A DNA stretch of 64,000 bases from Macrostomum lignano (Eukaryota), in assembly GCA_002269645.1 (NCBI GenBank), contig NIVC01000211.1:434001-498000 (forward strand), written 5' to 3'. Under the pieces are notes generated by a model. That model was not told the DNA's origin, searched no databases, and saw nothing but the letters and a program-made list of their open reading frames with translations. Shown here piece by piece: positions 24,697-35,699 of the stretch; the first letter of the stretch is position 1; each line of letters opens with the position of its first letter. The position numbers and the translations under genes were made by a program.

Positions 24697-25670
24697 CTGA
24701 GCACCCTACAGACACCCTAAGCACCCTACAGACACCCTGAGCACCCTAAAGACATTCTCAACACCCTACAGACACCCTAAACACCCTACAGACACTCTAA
24801 GCACCCTACAGACACCCTAAGCACCCTACAGACACCCTCAGCACCCTAAAGACATTCTCAACACCCTACAGACACCCTAAACACCCTACAGATACCCTAA
24901 GCACTCTACAGACACCCTAAGCACCTTAAAGACATCCTAAGCACCCTACAGACACCCTAAACACCCTACAGACATTCTAAACACCCTAAAGACACCCTAA
25001 GCACCCTACAGACACCCTAAGAACCGTAAAGACACCCTAAGCACCGCACAGACACCCTAAGCACCCTACAGACACCCTAAGCACCCTAAAGACACCCTAA
25101 GCACCCTACAGACACCCTAAGCACCGTAAAGACACCCTAAGCACCGCACAGACACCCTAAGCACCCTACAGACACCCTAAGCACCCTAAAGACACCCTAA
25201 GCACCGCACAGACACCCTAAGCACCGCACAGACACCCTAAACACCCTAAAAACATCCTAAACACCCTACAGACACCCTAAGCACCCTACAGACACCCTAA
25301 GCACCGTAAAGACACCCTAAGCACCGCACAGACACCCTAAGCACCCTACAGACAGCCTAAGCACCCTACAGACACCCTAAGCACCGCACAGACACCCTAA
25401 GCACCCTACAGACAGCCTAAGCACCCTACAGACACCCTAAGCACCGTAAAGACACCCTAAGCACCGCACAGACACCCTAAGCACCCTACAGACACCCTAA
25501 GCACCCTACAGACACCCTAAGCACCCTACAGACACCCTAAGCACCCTACAGACACCCTAAGCACCCTACAGACACGGCCTAAGCACCCTACAGACACCCT
25601 AAGCACTCTACAGACACTACACGAACCACCTAGACACCCACGCAACCTCTAGTAAACACCCTAAACAGTC
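24697..25670. repeat. 20-bp minisatellite (GACACCCTAAGCACCCTACA), containing TTAGGG on the minus strand
   Basis: Two 10-bp subunits; about 48 units. Confidence 0.95.
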
Positions 25671-26129
25671 TCCACACGCCCACGAATTTTTTTAGAAAAT
25701 GCTACAATTGTCACAAATCGCAAAAGTAATTAAAAGATTAGAGTTTTATCAAATAAAAAGACTCACTGACAAGAATATAAAGGTATCATTAATAAATTGA
25801 TTTCTAATAAAAAACGGCAGGAACACTGAGTTCACTGTTCCAGCCATCAAAATAATTATTAAAATAGAATCAAAAGACTGAAAAAGAACGAGTTCCTACA
25901 TTTGAGCGCCAACTCTCCTCACTGACAGATGCCAGGTTTATATTTAGCTCAACAAAAACACAGCCAACAACGGGGAAAAATACATAAAAAAAACAAGATT
26001 AGAATCACGTGAACTGATTAGTAGCTAAAAAAGAGCGAAGGGTGAGCGGCTGGACTATTTTTTAGGCCTTTCTATTCGTAGCACAGACAAAGGTGTGGTT
26101 AATAAGAACGAATATTAGAACTTAGAGGT

Positions 26130-26212
26130 AGACAGGGGAGAGGGAGAGAGAGGAAGAGGGAGGGAGAGGGAGAGAGGGAGAGACAGACAGAGAGTGTGAG
26201 GAAGAGGGAGGG

Positions 26213-26273
<61 letters not shown>

Positions 26274-26299
26274 TAAAGAGAGAGAGAGAGAGAGAAAAT

Positions 26300-26345
<46 letters not shown>

Positions 26346-26433
26346 TAAAGAGAGAGAGAGCGAGAGAAAATAAAGTGAGAGAGAGAGAGAGAGAGAGAGC
26401 AAGAGAAAATAAAGAGAGAGAGGGCGAGAGAAA

Positions 26434-26489
<56 letters not shown>

Positions 26490-26628
26490 TAAAGAGAGAG
26501 AGAGCGAGAGAAAATAAAGTGAGAGAGAGAGAGCGAGAGAAAATAAAGTGAGAGAGAGAGAGCGAGAGAAAATAAAGTGAGAGAGAGAGAAAAAATAAAC
26601 AGAGAGAGAGAGCGAGGGAAAATAAAGT

Positions 26629-26684
<56 letters not shown>

Positions 26685-26702
26685 AAATAAAGAGAGAGAG
26701 AG

Positions 26703-26749
<47 letters not shown>

Positions 26750-26900
26750 AAATAAAGAGAGAGAGAGCGAGAGAGAGAGAGTAAGGGGGGAGAGGGTGAG
26801 AAGGATACAAATGTAAAAGGAGAGGGAGGAGAGAGGGTGAGAGGGAATGAAAGATAAAGAGGGAGAGGGAGGAGAGAGGGTGAGAGGAAGAGAGATAAAG
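26130..26900. repeat. Compound (GA)n tract interrupted by AAAATAAA
   Basis: Direct reading. Confidence 0.96.
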
Positions 26901-27449
26901 AGGAGAAGTTCCCCCTAGAGACAGTAGGAAAACCGGAATCGCAGAGCTTGGCACTGATTAAAAGCAGAGTTAAGTGCATGCCGGCACTCCCAAGCGGCAC
27001 CTAGCGGGGCTGTTGGCTGCAGATGCGTCAGTAGAGCCCCATATTTGGCAGTCGGCATGCAGTCAGAAAGAATTGGGAGCTTCCCAGCTTCATAAGCAAA
27101 TCTTCAAAGGGGATTAAAGAGAATTATTCAAGAAGCAACTGTGTATGGAAGCTGCTTTCAGAACTGCACTTAAGGGAATCGGATAATTTATTTCAACTAC
27201 AGACTGTACCATGAAGTACAGTGATTTACAAGCCAATAAGATTACCCCGGAGTAAAAATCGCGTGAAGAATTTGATCCGGAGTGATCCAGATTTGATTTA
27301 GGGCATAAATTATAAGGCAGGCTTGTTGAGCAGATTAATTTCTTTTCTAAATTTCTAAAGGCGGTCATATTTAATAAAATAGTCTACTATCGGTAGCAAA
27401 TTAAAAAATTCTAAATCAGATGTAAATTAAATAAAATGAATAAAAACAG

Positions 27450-27696
27450 GGCTAATAAGATTTAAACCGATATGTATCTAAACTCATAAAAACAGAGCCA
27501 AGAATTTACCCGATATGTATCGAAACTAATAAAAACAGAGCCGATAAGTTTCTACCCGATATGTATCGAAACTAATAAAAACAGCCAATGAGATTTTACC
27601 CGATATGTATCGATAATAATGATAATAATAAAAATAATAATAATAACTAAATAATAATAATAATAATAATAAAAATAACTAATAATACTAATAATA
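27450..27696. repeat. Four 43-46-bp units with CGATATGTATCG core, followed by (TAA)n
   Basis: Cores at 27468 (imperfect), 27511, 27557 and 27601. Confidence 0.85.
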
Positions 27697-27747
27697 ACGG
27701 AGCCAATAAGATATCACCCAATAAGGATCAAAATCAACAAATCTTAC

Positions 27748-28125
27748 CTGTCGATATTCCGAATTACCGCAGTCGCCAATCTGCAGCATGTGCAGCACAA
27801 ACTGCAGCGGCGATTCTCCGTTGGCGGTCCAATTAGTCGAACTCCAATTGTTTGGCGCAGACCATTCTACACGGCAGGCAGTCGTGGTGACGTCAAAGAC
27901 GCGCGGTGGCTGCGGCGGCGGCGGCGGCGACCTGCCGGTGGTGAATCTGGCGGGCTGGGCGGTGGGGCCGTAGGGCCCCGGGCCAGCTGGGTTCAACGCC
28001 CGAATGCGAAACTCGTAGGCGGTCAGCTCGGCGAGGCGGCCCACGCGGGCGCAGTGCCCGGTGCCCTGGTACACCTGCTGCCAGACGGTGGCCGAATCCT
28101 CGCCTGCGGCTGAGGACATTTCCAC
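27748..28125 (-). CDS. FNDC3: FNDC3-like exon (FN3-7/8)
   Basis: Acceptor ctaaccgcag|GTG GAA ATG and donor CGACAG|gtaaga. 378 nt, phase 0/0. VYQGTG...[15 protein letters not shown]. Confidence 0.92.
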
Positions 28126-28176
28126 CTGCGGTTAGGTGTTGGGTGTATATGCATGCGTATGGGCAAAGAGAAACTA

Positions 28177-28530
<354 letters not shown>

Positions 28531-28579
28531 ATTACACGGACACAGTCATTACTCAGCAGTCATTACTCACATTCATTAC

Positions 28580-29059
28580 CTGATACGAAATCGGTGGCTC
28601 TCCATATCCGCTGACAGAGGCCGCAGGCGCCCATCGCAGTCGAACAGCCGTGGAGCCGCCGCCGCAGGGCAGGCACTCGATCCTGGGAGGCGGCAGACAC
28701 AGGGTGCTGGCCCGTAGACACGGCCTACTAAACGAACCGCATCCTGCGGAATTGACAGCCCGAACTCGAATATTGTAGCGGCAGTCTGGTTGCAGTTGAT
28801 GGAGCGTCAGTTCATTCTGGTCGGCACCGACTCGCTCTGTCCGCTCGGCGGTGCTGACCGTTTTATCCGATTCAGCTAGGAAGATTTCGTATCCAGTAAT
28901 TGGGGCGCCGTTGCTAGCCGAAGACGGTTGCCAGGCAACGGTGACGCTAGAGGTCTGGGCGCTGGTCTGACGAAGAGATTCCACCGGTCCGGGCGGAGCA
29001 GCCGGGGTTGTCACAATGGTAGCCGGAGAGAACTCGCCCGCGCCGGAAATGTTGTTCGC
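28580..29059 (-). CDS. FNDC3: FNDC3-like exon (FN3-5 end, FN3-6, FN3-7 start)
   Basis: Acceptor ccttcaag|GCG AAC and donor TATCAG|gtaatg. 480 nt, phase 0/0. Confidence 0.9.
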
Positions 29060-29570
29060 CTTGAAGGTTATCGAGCATTTAATAAAAGCTTGTTTCGATA
29101 CATATCGGCAAAACGGTTTTCGGCCTTTTCGCATTAAAAAAGTAGATTAATATAATAAATACTTCCTGGTCGAATCCTGGATTCTAGGATACAAATTATG
29201 CTAGCATAATAGACGAAATATAATGAGTAGAACTTTGAGTACAATTGCGGCCTGCAGACATAATAAATCCTTATTGTCGGTATTTGTCCATGTCTGCAGC
29301 GCAAAAAAGTGCTCTGTTATATTTATTTCGATACATATCGAAAATTTAGCTTTTTAACCAAAAAAACTAAAATTGCTAAGATAATCTAACAGATATTGAT
29401 ATTTTTGCTTCATAATGCCATACAAATGAGATGAAATACCACAAAAAATAAATAAGCCTAACTATAAAACAAAATTTTGAATGGTAATAACTGGTTTGCT
29501 ATTTTTGTTATCTATACATATCGGCTAAAATTTGAAAATATTAGTAAGTAATATAATATAATATTATTAC

Positions 29571-29645
29571 CTGTACACGAAAACTATAAGCTGTCGCCGC
29601 TTGCAGATCTTTAACCTTGTAGGATAGCAGCTCGCCAGAGTAAAG
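29571..29645 (-). CDS. FNDC3: FNDC3-like 75-nt exon (LYSGELLSYKVKDLQAATAYSFRVQ), absent from the ORF track
   Basis: Acceptor ttctttcag|CTT and donor GTACAG|gtaata, phase 0/0. Supplies the FN3 Y-x-G and Y-x-F-R-V strands. Confidence 0.9.
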
Positions 29646-29689
29646 CTGAAAGAATTGTTTTAGATTATTAAAGGTTAATTAGGGCACGT

Positions 29690-29696
29690 AAAAAAA
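29690..29696 (-). terminator. Pol III T7 terminator of U6atac
   Basis: Seven Ts on the minus strand, 92 nt after the +1 G. Confidence 0.75.
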
Positions 29697-29788
29697 CGTA
29701 TCAATTTGCCTTTTTCGGGTCAAGACCCGATAATAAGTTCCGTCCTTGCGCAGGGGAGATGCCAATCTTCTCTCCTTTCTCACTGCAC
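29690..29788 (-). ncRNA. RNU6ATAC: U6atac snRNA (minor spliceosome), intronic Pol III gene
   Basis: Reverse complement: GTGCAGTGAGAAAGGAGAGAAGATTGGCATCTCCCCTGCGCAAGGACGGAACTTATTATCGGGTCTTGACCCGAAAAAGGCAAATTGATACG-TTTTTTT. Has the AAGGAGA box (U6 has ACAGAGA), a short 5' end with no 5' stem-loop, and the ISL TCC-CCT/AGG-GGA. Comparison is with recalled human and plant U6atac. Confidence 0.85.
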
Positions 29789-29811
29789 GGTTAAGTACTG
29801 GGACGGCTAGG

Positions 29812-29819
29812 TATTTATA
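29812..29819 (-). promoter_or_regulatory. TATA box (TATAAATA) of a type-3 Pol III promoter
   Basis: Lies at -31 to -24 from the +1 G at 29788, the usual U6-type spacing. The PSE is not recognisable by eye. Confidence 0.75.
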
Positions 29820-30545
29820 CCTTGTAAATATGTATCAACTGCTATTAAAATCTTCGTTTTCGTAACACAACGCAAGCGTACTCCTTGTAAAGGGAAAATT
29901 TAGCACTGTTAAGATAAAATTAACTAATTAACTAAAATTCCAGACATTTTTTAATGTATATTTTATTGCAATGATTTTTACAACCCAATAAACAATTCAC
30001 TTAATAACGCAATCAGATTTTACAAACAAATTTCAACCTCTTAACGCAAACTTGTTACGTTATACTACTGAAAGTGGGGTAAAAGCACATTACTTAATAT
30101 TGCAAATAAAAAATTCTACGATTAAACAAGACGAATCCAAAATGCTTTTGAAAGCATCTTCAAAGCGTCCGGAAATGAAAGCCGAATCGCTAATGATATG
30201 TCGTAATCCAGCATTTCAATCAGAATTTTTTATTATTGGCTTTCCCAAACCGTAGGCTAAGACAGTATAATTAATTCTCAATATTAATTTACAGCTTGTA
30301 ATGGAGAAGTCCAGATCTTGCGGATAAAACTGATAATCTATTAATAAATGCACAGCTTCGAAAATTTGCTATCTGACGGAAATTGCAAAAAGGGTGATCC
30401 CAATTTCCTCGTATTTTTTCCAAGCTGATGAGAAAATAAAAGACAAACATGCGGGCAGTTGTGCTCGTTTAACCTACTTTAAGTAGCAAAACGCAACATT
30501 TTTTTGAGGTTAATAATAGCAAAGAAAATTTTATGATTAATAAAA

Positions 30546-30572
30546 CAGGCAGACAGACAGACACAGACAGAC

Positions 30573-30620
<48 letters not shown>

Positions 30621-30627
30621 AGATTAC

Positions 30628-30674
<47 letters not shown>

Positions 30675-30677
30675 GTC

Positions 30678-30739
<62 letters not shown>

Positions 30740-30757
30740 AAGACAGACAGACAGGCA
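30546..30757. repeat. (CAGA)n microsatellite with the same rare variants as 28177-28530
   Basis: ATTACAC, GTCGAC and GAAA interruptions. Confidence 0.96.
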
Positions 30758-30779
30758 GGCAGCTCAGTCCCAGACTCAC

Positions 30780-31270
30780 CAGCCGGAACTCCTGTTCTTC
30801 CGCCTCTCCATCGCCAGTCTCCACACGGCACTCCAGCCGATAGTCAGTCACCGCACCGGACGAACTCAACGTTGACGAAGACGACGCTGCAGCCGGCGTC
30901 AGCTTCGGTGCCTCCCAGCTCACCAGAGCGGACACTCTAGGCAAATCCGCATCGACCAGTTCCCCATCCAGCATCGTGAGCTCAGCTGCATCATCATTAA
31001 CCTGGGCATCCCGAAGCGGCTCATGGGATCCGGTGGACGAGCCGAGACTGACCGACACGCTCGGCGCCGATGGAGCCGGAGGCAGCGGCGGGCCGCAGAC
31101 AGCGCGCAGGCGGTTGGACCAGGGGCCGAAGCCAGCGGCATTGGCAGCTCGCACGGTGACAATATAGTTGGCACCGGGAATGAGCTTAGCAATGGAGCAG
31201 TGCAGAGTTGAACTGGATACTGTTGTAGTAGCAGTTGCTTCGGGGCTTGACAAGCTGCTTGACGCATCGT
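30780..31270 (-). CDS. FNDC3: FNDC3-like exon (FN3-4/5)
   Basis: Acceptor cccacag|AC and donor CGGCTG|gtgagt. 491 nt, phase 1/0. YIVTVRAANAAGFGPWS. Confidence 0.92.
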
Positions 31271-31449
31271 CTGTGGGAGGTTAATAATTTACTTTTATTT
31301 ATTTTTTTATTTTTATTTACTCAATAGTTCGCTTTTAAAACTGACAAAATACGCCAGTAAAAATTCTGAGAATCCCCCTCAAAAAGTAAAAAAAATCCGC
31401 CTGACTCAAAAAGTACAAAATCAGCTCTACTCTAAAAGTACAAAAATCC

Positions 31450-32050
31450 GACCCCTCAGAACATCAAAGAAGACCCGCCCCTCAGAACTGCGAAAACCCA
31501 ACACTCAGAACTGCAAAGACCGGCCCCTCAGAGCTACAAAGACCCGCTCCTCAGAGCTACAAAGACCCGCCTCTCAGAGCTACAAAGACTCGCTCCTCAA
31601 AGCTACAAAGACACGCCCCTCAGAGCTACAAAGACCCGCCTCTCAGAGCTACAAAGACTCGCTCCTCAGAGCTACAAAGACTCGCTCCTCAAAGCTACAA
31701 AGACTCGCTCCTCAAAGCTACAAAGACCCGCTCCTCAGAGCTACAAATACCGGCCCCTCAGAGCTACAAATACCGGCCCCTCAGAGCTACAAAGACCCGC
31801 TCCTCAGAGCTACAAAGACCCACTCCTCAGAGCTACAAATACCGGCCCCTCAGAGCTACAAAGACCCGCTCCTCAGAGCTACAAAGACCCGCCTCTCAGA
31901 GCTACAAAGACTCGCTCCTCAGAGCTACAAAGACACGCCCCTCGGAGCTACAAAGACCCGCTCCTCAGAGCTACAAAGACCCGCTCCTCAGAGCTACAAA
32001 TACTGGCCCCTCAGAGCTACAAAGACCGGCCCCTCAAAGCTACAAAGACC
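31450..32050. repeat. 23-bp minisatellite (CAGAGCTACAAAGACCCGCTCCT)
   Basis: Unit starts at 31529 and 31552. Abuts the donor at 32058. Confidence 0.95.
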
Positions 32051-32058
32051 CTACTCAC

Positions 32059-32356
32059 CCTCCAGTCTAGCCCTGGCCTCGTATCCCGTCACCGGGGCGC
32101 CGCCATCGTTACCAGGCTCCGACCAGGCCAGCCTCATCTCGCCATTCCTTGGCGGCCCTCGCAGCCTGGGCGGTCCCGGCGGTCCTGGAGGCGCCGGTAT
32201 GGTGACACTGAGCGACTCGCTCGGCTCGGACAGTCCGGCACTGGAACTGGCTCGGACACTGACCGAGTGCGGCCGGCCGGCTGGGAGCCAATTGGCGGCG
32301 TCGAATTCGCGCTGCTCGGCCGGCACAGAGTAGCTGAGAGTCGGGCCCGCTTCCAG
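32059..32356 (-). CDS. FNDC3: FNDC3-like exon (FN3-3/4)
   Basis: Acceptor cccctcag|CTG GAA and donor GAG G|gtgagt. 298 nt, phase 0/1. WSEPGNDGGAPVTGY. Confidence 0.9.
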
Positions 32357-32539
32357 CTGAGGGGTGGAGCGAGACCATGGCTGATTGATTATCAGATCGC
32401 GTGTGCAAACTAATTATTCCACTCAGGTGATATTTTGTACTGCCTGTGCATGCACACTCAAAATGGCTGTCCTATTTATTGAATACTATAGATCCATACA
32501 TTGCATTTTTAATCTAAAATATATTTAACTAATAAACTA

Positions 32540-33060
32540 CCAATCCATTCATTAATCAATCAATCAATAAACCAATCAACAAACCAATCAATCAATCAAT
32601 AAACCAATCAACAAACCAATCAATCAATCAATAAACCAATCAACAAACCAATCAATCAATCAATAAACCAATCAACAAACCAATCAATCAATCAATAAAC
32701 CAATCAACAAACCAATCAATCAATCAATAAACCAATCAACAAACCAATCAATCAATCAATAAACCAATCAACAAACCAATCAATCAATCAATAAACCAAT
32801 TAACAAAACAATCAATCAATTAATAAACCAATCAACAAACCAATCAATCAATCAATAAACCAATCAACAAACCAGTCAATCAATCAATTAATCAATCAAT
32901 CAATCAATCTTTCAATTAATCTTTCAATCTATCAACCCATCAATCTGTCAATGTATAAATCCATCAATCTATAAATCCATCAATCTATAAATCCATCAAT
33001 TTATAAATCTATCAATCTAATCATCTGTCAATCCATCAATCCATCAATCCATCAATCCAA
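32540..33060. repeat. (CAAT)-based 32-bp compound repeat
   Basis: AAACCAATCAAC plus AAACCAATCAATCAATCAAT units. Confidence 0.93.
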
Positions 33061-33129
33061 CCACCATAGCTTGTACACCCAGACGAAATCAAGCCGAGCT
33101 TCCACCCCGGCACGAGTACACCAACCAAC

Positions 33130-33431
33130 CAGATACTCCTCAATGGGGCAGCCGCCGTCATCCTCCGGAGCCGACCAGACCAGCACGTAGCGACCCGCTC
33201 CGGCGCTGTTGCGCAATCGCAACCGCTTTGGCGGCCGCGGCCTCTCCGGCGCAGCGCGAGCATTATTGGCCGCCGCTGCTGGGTCGCTGGTTGCTATGAC
33301 AACAGTGGGAGAGTAGTCGCCCTGGCCTAGGGCGTTGACGGCGGCAACGCGGAACCAATAGGCAGTGCCGGGGGACAGGCCGTCGCAGCGATGGTGCAGC
33401 AGAGGGCCGCGGTACACCTCCTGGTACTCGG
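33130..33431 (-). CDS. FNDC3: FNDC3-like exon (FN3-2/3)
   Basis: EVYRGP...YWFRVAAVNALGQGDYS...WSAPEDDGGCPIEEYL. Both ends are uncertain: the best acceptor (cgttcacag at 33432) is phase 1, an alternative start at 33420 is phase 0, and the donor is the atypical GTTGGT. Confidence 0.82.
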
Positions 33432-33524
33432 CTGTGAACGGATGAGACACAAAATAAAGATTGTAGGACACTAAAAATGGATAGACAGACAATTGTAAAT
33501 AGACAAGATGCAAAGGTAAAAACG

Positions 33525-34200
33525 AGATATGAAAGACACAACTATAGTAATATATAAGACAACTTTTTTTCACAAAAGACACAGTACGCCTCCATAAAGA
33601 CACAACACGCTTCCATAAAGACACAAAACGCTTCCAGAAAGACACAACACGCTTCCAGAAAGACACAACACGCTTCCAGAAAGACACAAAGCGCTTCCAT
33701 AAAGACACAACACACTTTCATAAAGACACAAAGCGCTTCCATAAAGGCACAAAGCGCTTCCATAAGACACAGCACGCCTCTATAAAGACAGAACAAACTC
33801 TCCAAAAAGACAAAAAACCTCTAAAAAGACACAACAAACCTCTAAAAAGACACAACAAACCTCTAAAAAGACACAACAAACCTCTAAAAAGACACAACAA
33901 ACCTCTAAAAAGACACAACAAACCTCTAAAAAGACACAACAAACCTCTAAAAAGACAACAAACCTCTAAAAAGACACAACAAACCTCTAAAAAGACACAA
34001 CAAACCTCTAAAAAGACACAACAAACCTCTAAAAAGACACAACAAACCTCTAAAAAGACACAACAAACCTCTAAAAGACAACAAACTTCTAAAAAGACGC
34101 AACAAACCTCTAAAAGACAACAAACCTCTAAAAAGACACAACAAACCTCTAAAAAGACACAACAAACTCTCCAAAAAGACAACAAGACTCCAAAAAGACG
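33525..34200. repeat. 21-bp minisatellite (AAACCTCTAAAAAGACACAAC; left part ACGCTTCCAGAAAGACACAAC)
   Basis: Tandem units in two variant domains. Confidence 0.93.
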
Positions 34201-34244
34201 CGATAAGCATCCTAAAAGACACACCCGCCCACCCAAAAACTCAC

Positions 34245-34661
34245 CCCAGGCCTATCAGACGCGGCGCACTCCAGCACATAAGCCGTCACAGACGCCCCAT
34301 TGTCACGCGCGGCCGGCGCCCACCTCAGCGCCAACCAATTAGCCCCAGGCCGGCCAATTAATTCCGGCGGCAAAGCCGGAGCAGCGGGTTGAGCTGGAGA
34401 AGTTCGGAACTGAGCAGCCAAGCTGAAGCCGCTGATGCTGTCAGTCAGTTTAGCCAATGATTTGGCCCAGTACCGCTGGCCGGGCTGCAGGTCGCGCAGG
34501 CAGATCTCTTCGGCTTGGCCGTCGAACACGCGACTGTACGGACCTCGGGCCGACTTTTCCGACAGATGCAACTCGTAGGCGGCTTCCAGCAGGTCGTCAT
34601 CTGTGAGCCCGGATGGCGGCCACACTTGAATGACCACGCTGGTGGATTCAATCTCGGAGAT
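34245..34661 (-). CDS. FNDC3: FNDC3-like exon (FN3-1/2)
   Basis: Acceptor tttcgcag|ATC TCC and donor CCTGGG|gtgagt. 417 nt, phase 0/0. DLQPGQRYW and WAPAARDNGASVTAYVLEC. Confidence 0.9.
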
Positions 34662-34687
34662 CTGCGAAATTAACAGTTGCGATAGAT

Positions 34688-35230
34688 TGTAATCTATCTG
34701 CCTTGTTGTTGTAATCTATCTGCCTTGTTGTTGTAATCTATCTGCCTTGTTGTTGTAATCTATCTGCCTTGTTGTTGTAATCTATCTGCCTTGTTGTTGT
34801 AATCTATCTGCCTTGTTGTTGTAATCTATCTGCCGTGTTGTAATCTATCTGCCTTGTTGTTGTAATCTATCTGCCTTGTTGTTGTAATCTATCTGCCTTG
34901 TTGTTGTAATCTATCTGCCTTGTTGTTGTAATCTATCTGCCTTGTTGTTGTAATCTATCTGCCTTGTTGTTGTAATCTATCTGCCTTGTTGTTGTAATCT
35001 ATCTGCCTTGTTGCTGTAATCTCCTGCCTTGTTGTTGTAATCTATCTGCCTTGTTGTTGTAATCTCCTGCCTTGTTGTTGTAATCTATCGGCCTTGTTGT
35101 TGTAATCTATCTGCCTTGTTGTAATCTATCTACCTTGTTGTAATCTATCTACCTTGTTGTAATCTATCTACCTTGTTGTAATCTATCTACCTTGTTGTAA
35201 TCTATCTACCTTGTCGTGATCTATCTATCT
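34688..35230. repeat. 22/19-bp minisatellite (GTAATCTATCTGCCTTGTTGTT)
   Basis: Tandem units. Confidence 0.95.
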
Positions 35231-35344
35231 TGTTATAATATATATTTGCCTTATTTTTGTAATCTATCTACTTATTTACACACCAACTATCATGTTCTCT
35301 CTGCCCCATTCTATCATGCTCAACATCTACACTTCATGCCTTAC

Positions 35345-35676
35345 CTGGGGCGGCTGCGGTGTCTCCAGAGTCGGCAATTTATTATTAAACCTGACGTCCT
35401 GCTCAATGCCCCCAGCGTCATTCAAATAGTGCTCATTAGTCCTAGCGCCTCCCCGCTCGGAGAAGTGATGCCTGCGCCTAAATCCAGACTGATAGCCGCT
35501 GTAGTGCTGATAGCCGTTACTGTTAAAATTGTCGCTAACATTAGTGTTATTGTTGCAGTGATTCCAATTGTGACGGTTGCGAAACAGGTGCTGCTTAGAC
35601 TGATGATTTCCGTGATCAAATGAGTTCTGATAATAGTGCTGCTGCTGCTGATGGCGGACTCCATTGCCGCCCCAGT
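35345..35676 (-). CDS. FNDC3: FNDC3-like exon (N/Q/H-rich low-complexity region to the start of FN3-1), frame absent from the ORF track
   Basis: Acceptor gtcccgcag|AC TGG and donor CCCCAG|gtaagg. 332 nt with no stop, phase 1/0: WGGNGVRHQQQQHYYQNSF...LETPQPPQ. Confidence 0.82.
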
Positions 35677-35699
35677 CTGCGGGACAGAGTGATGGAGCA

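Noticed and set aside
26115-27000. SL-repeat ORFs of 279 and 292 aa
   Set aside because: (GA)n translation. The same applies to the TDRQ/VCLS ORFs over the CAGA tracts.
29690-29788. Major U6 snRNA or a U6 pseudogene
   Set aside because: Has AAGGAGA rather than ACAGAGA, lacks the U6 5' stem-loop, and has its own TATA and terminator. It is not formally excluded until cmsearch is run.
30425-30432. CTGATGAG hammerhead core
   Set aside because: No stem II, GAAA or stem III arrangement follows.
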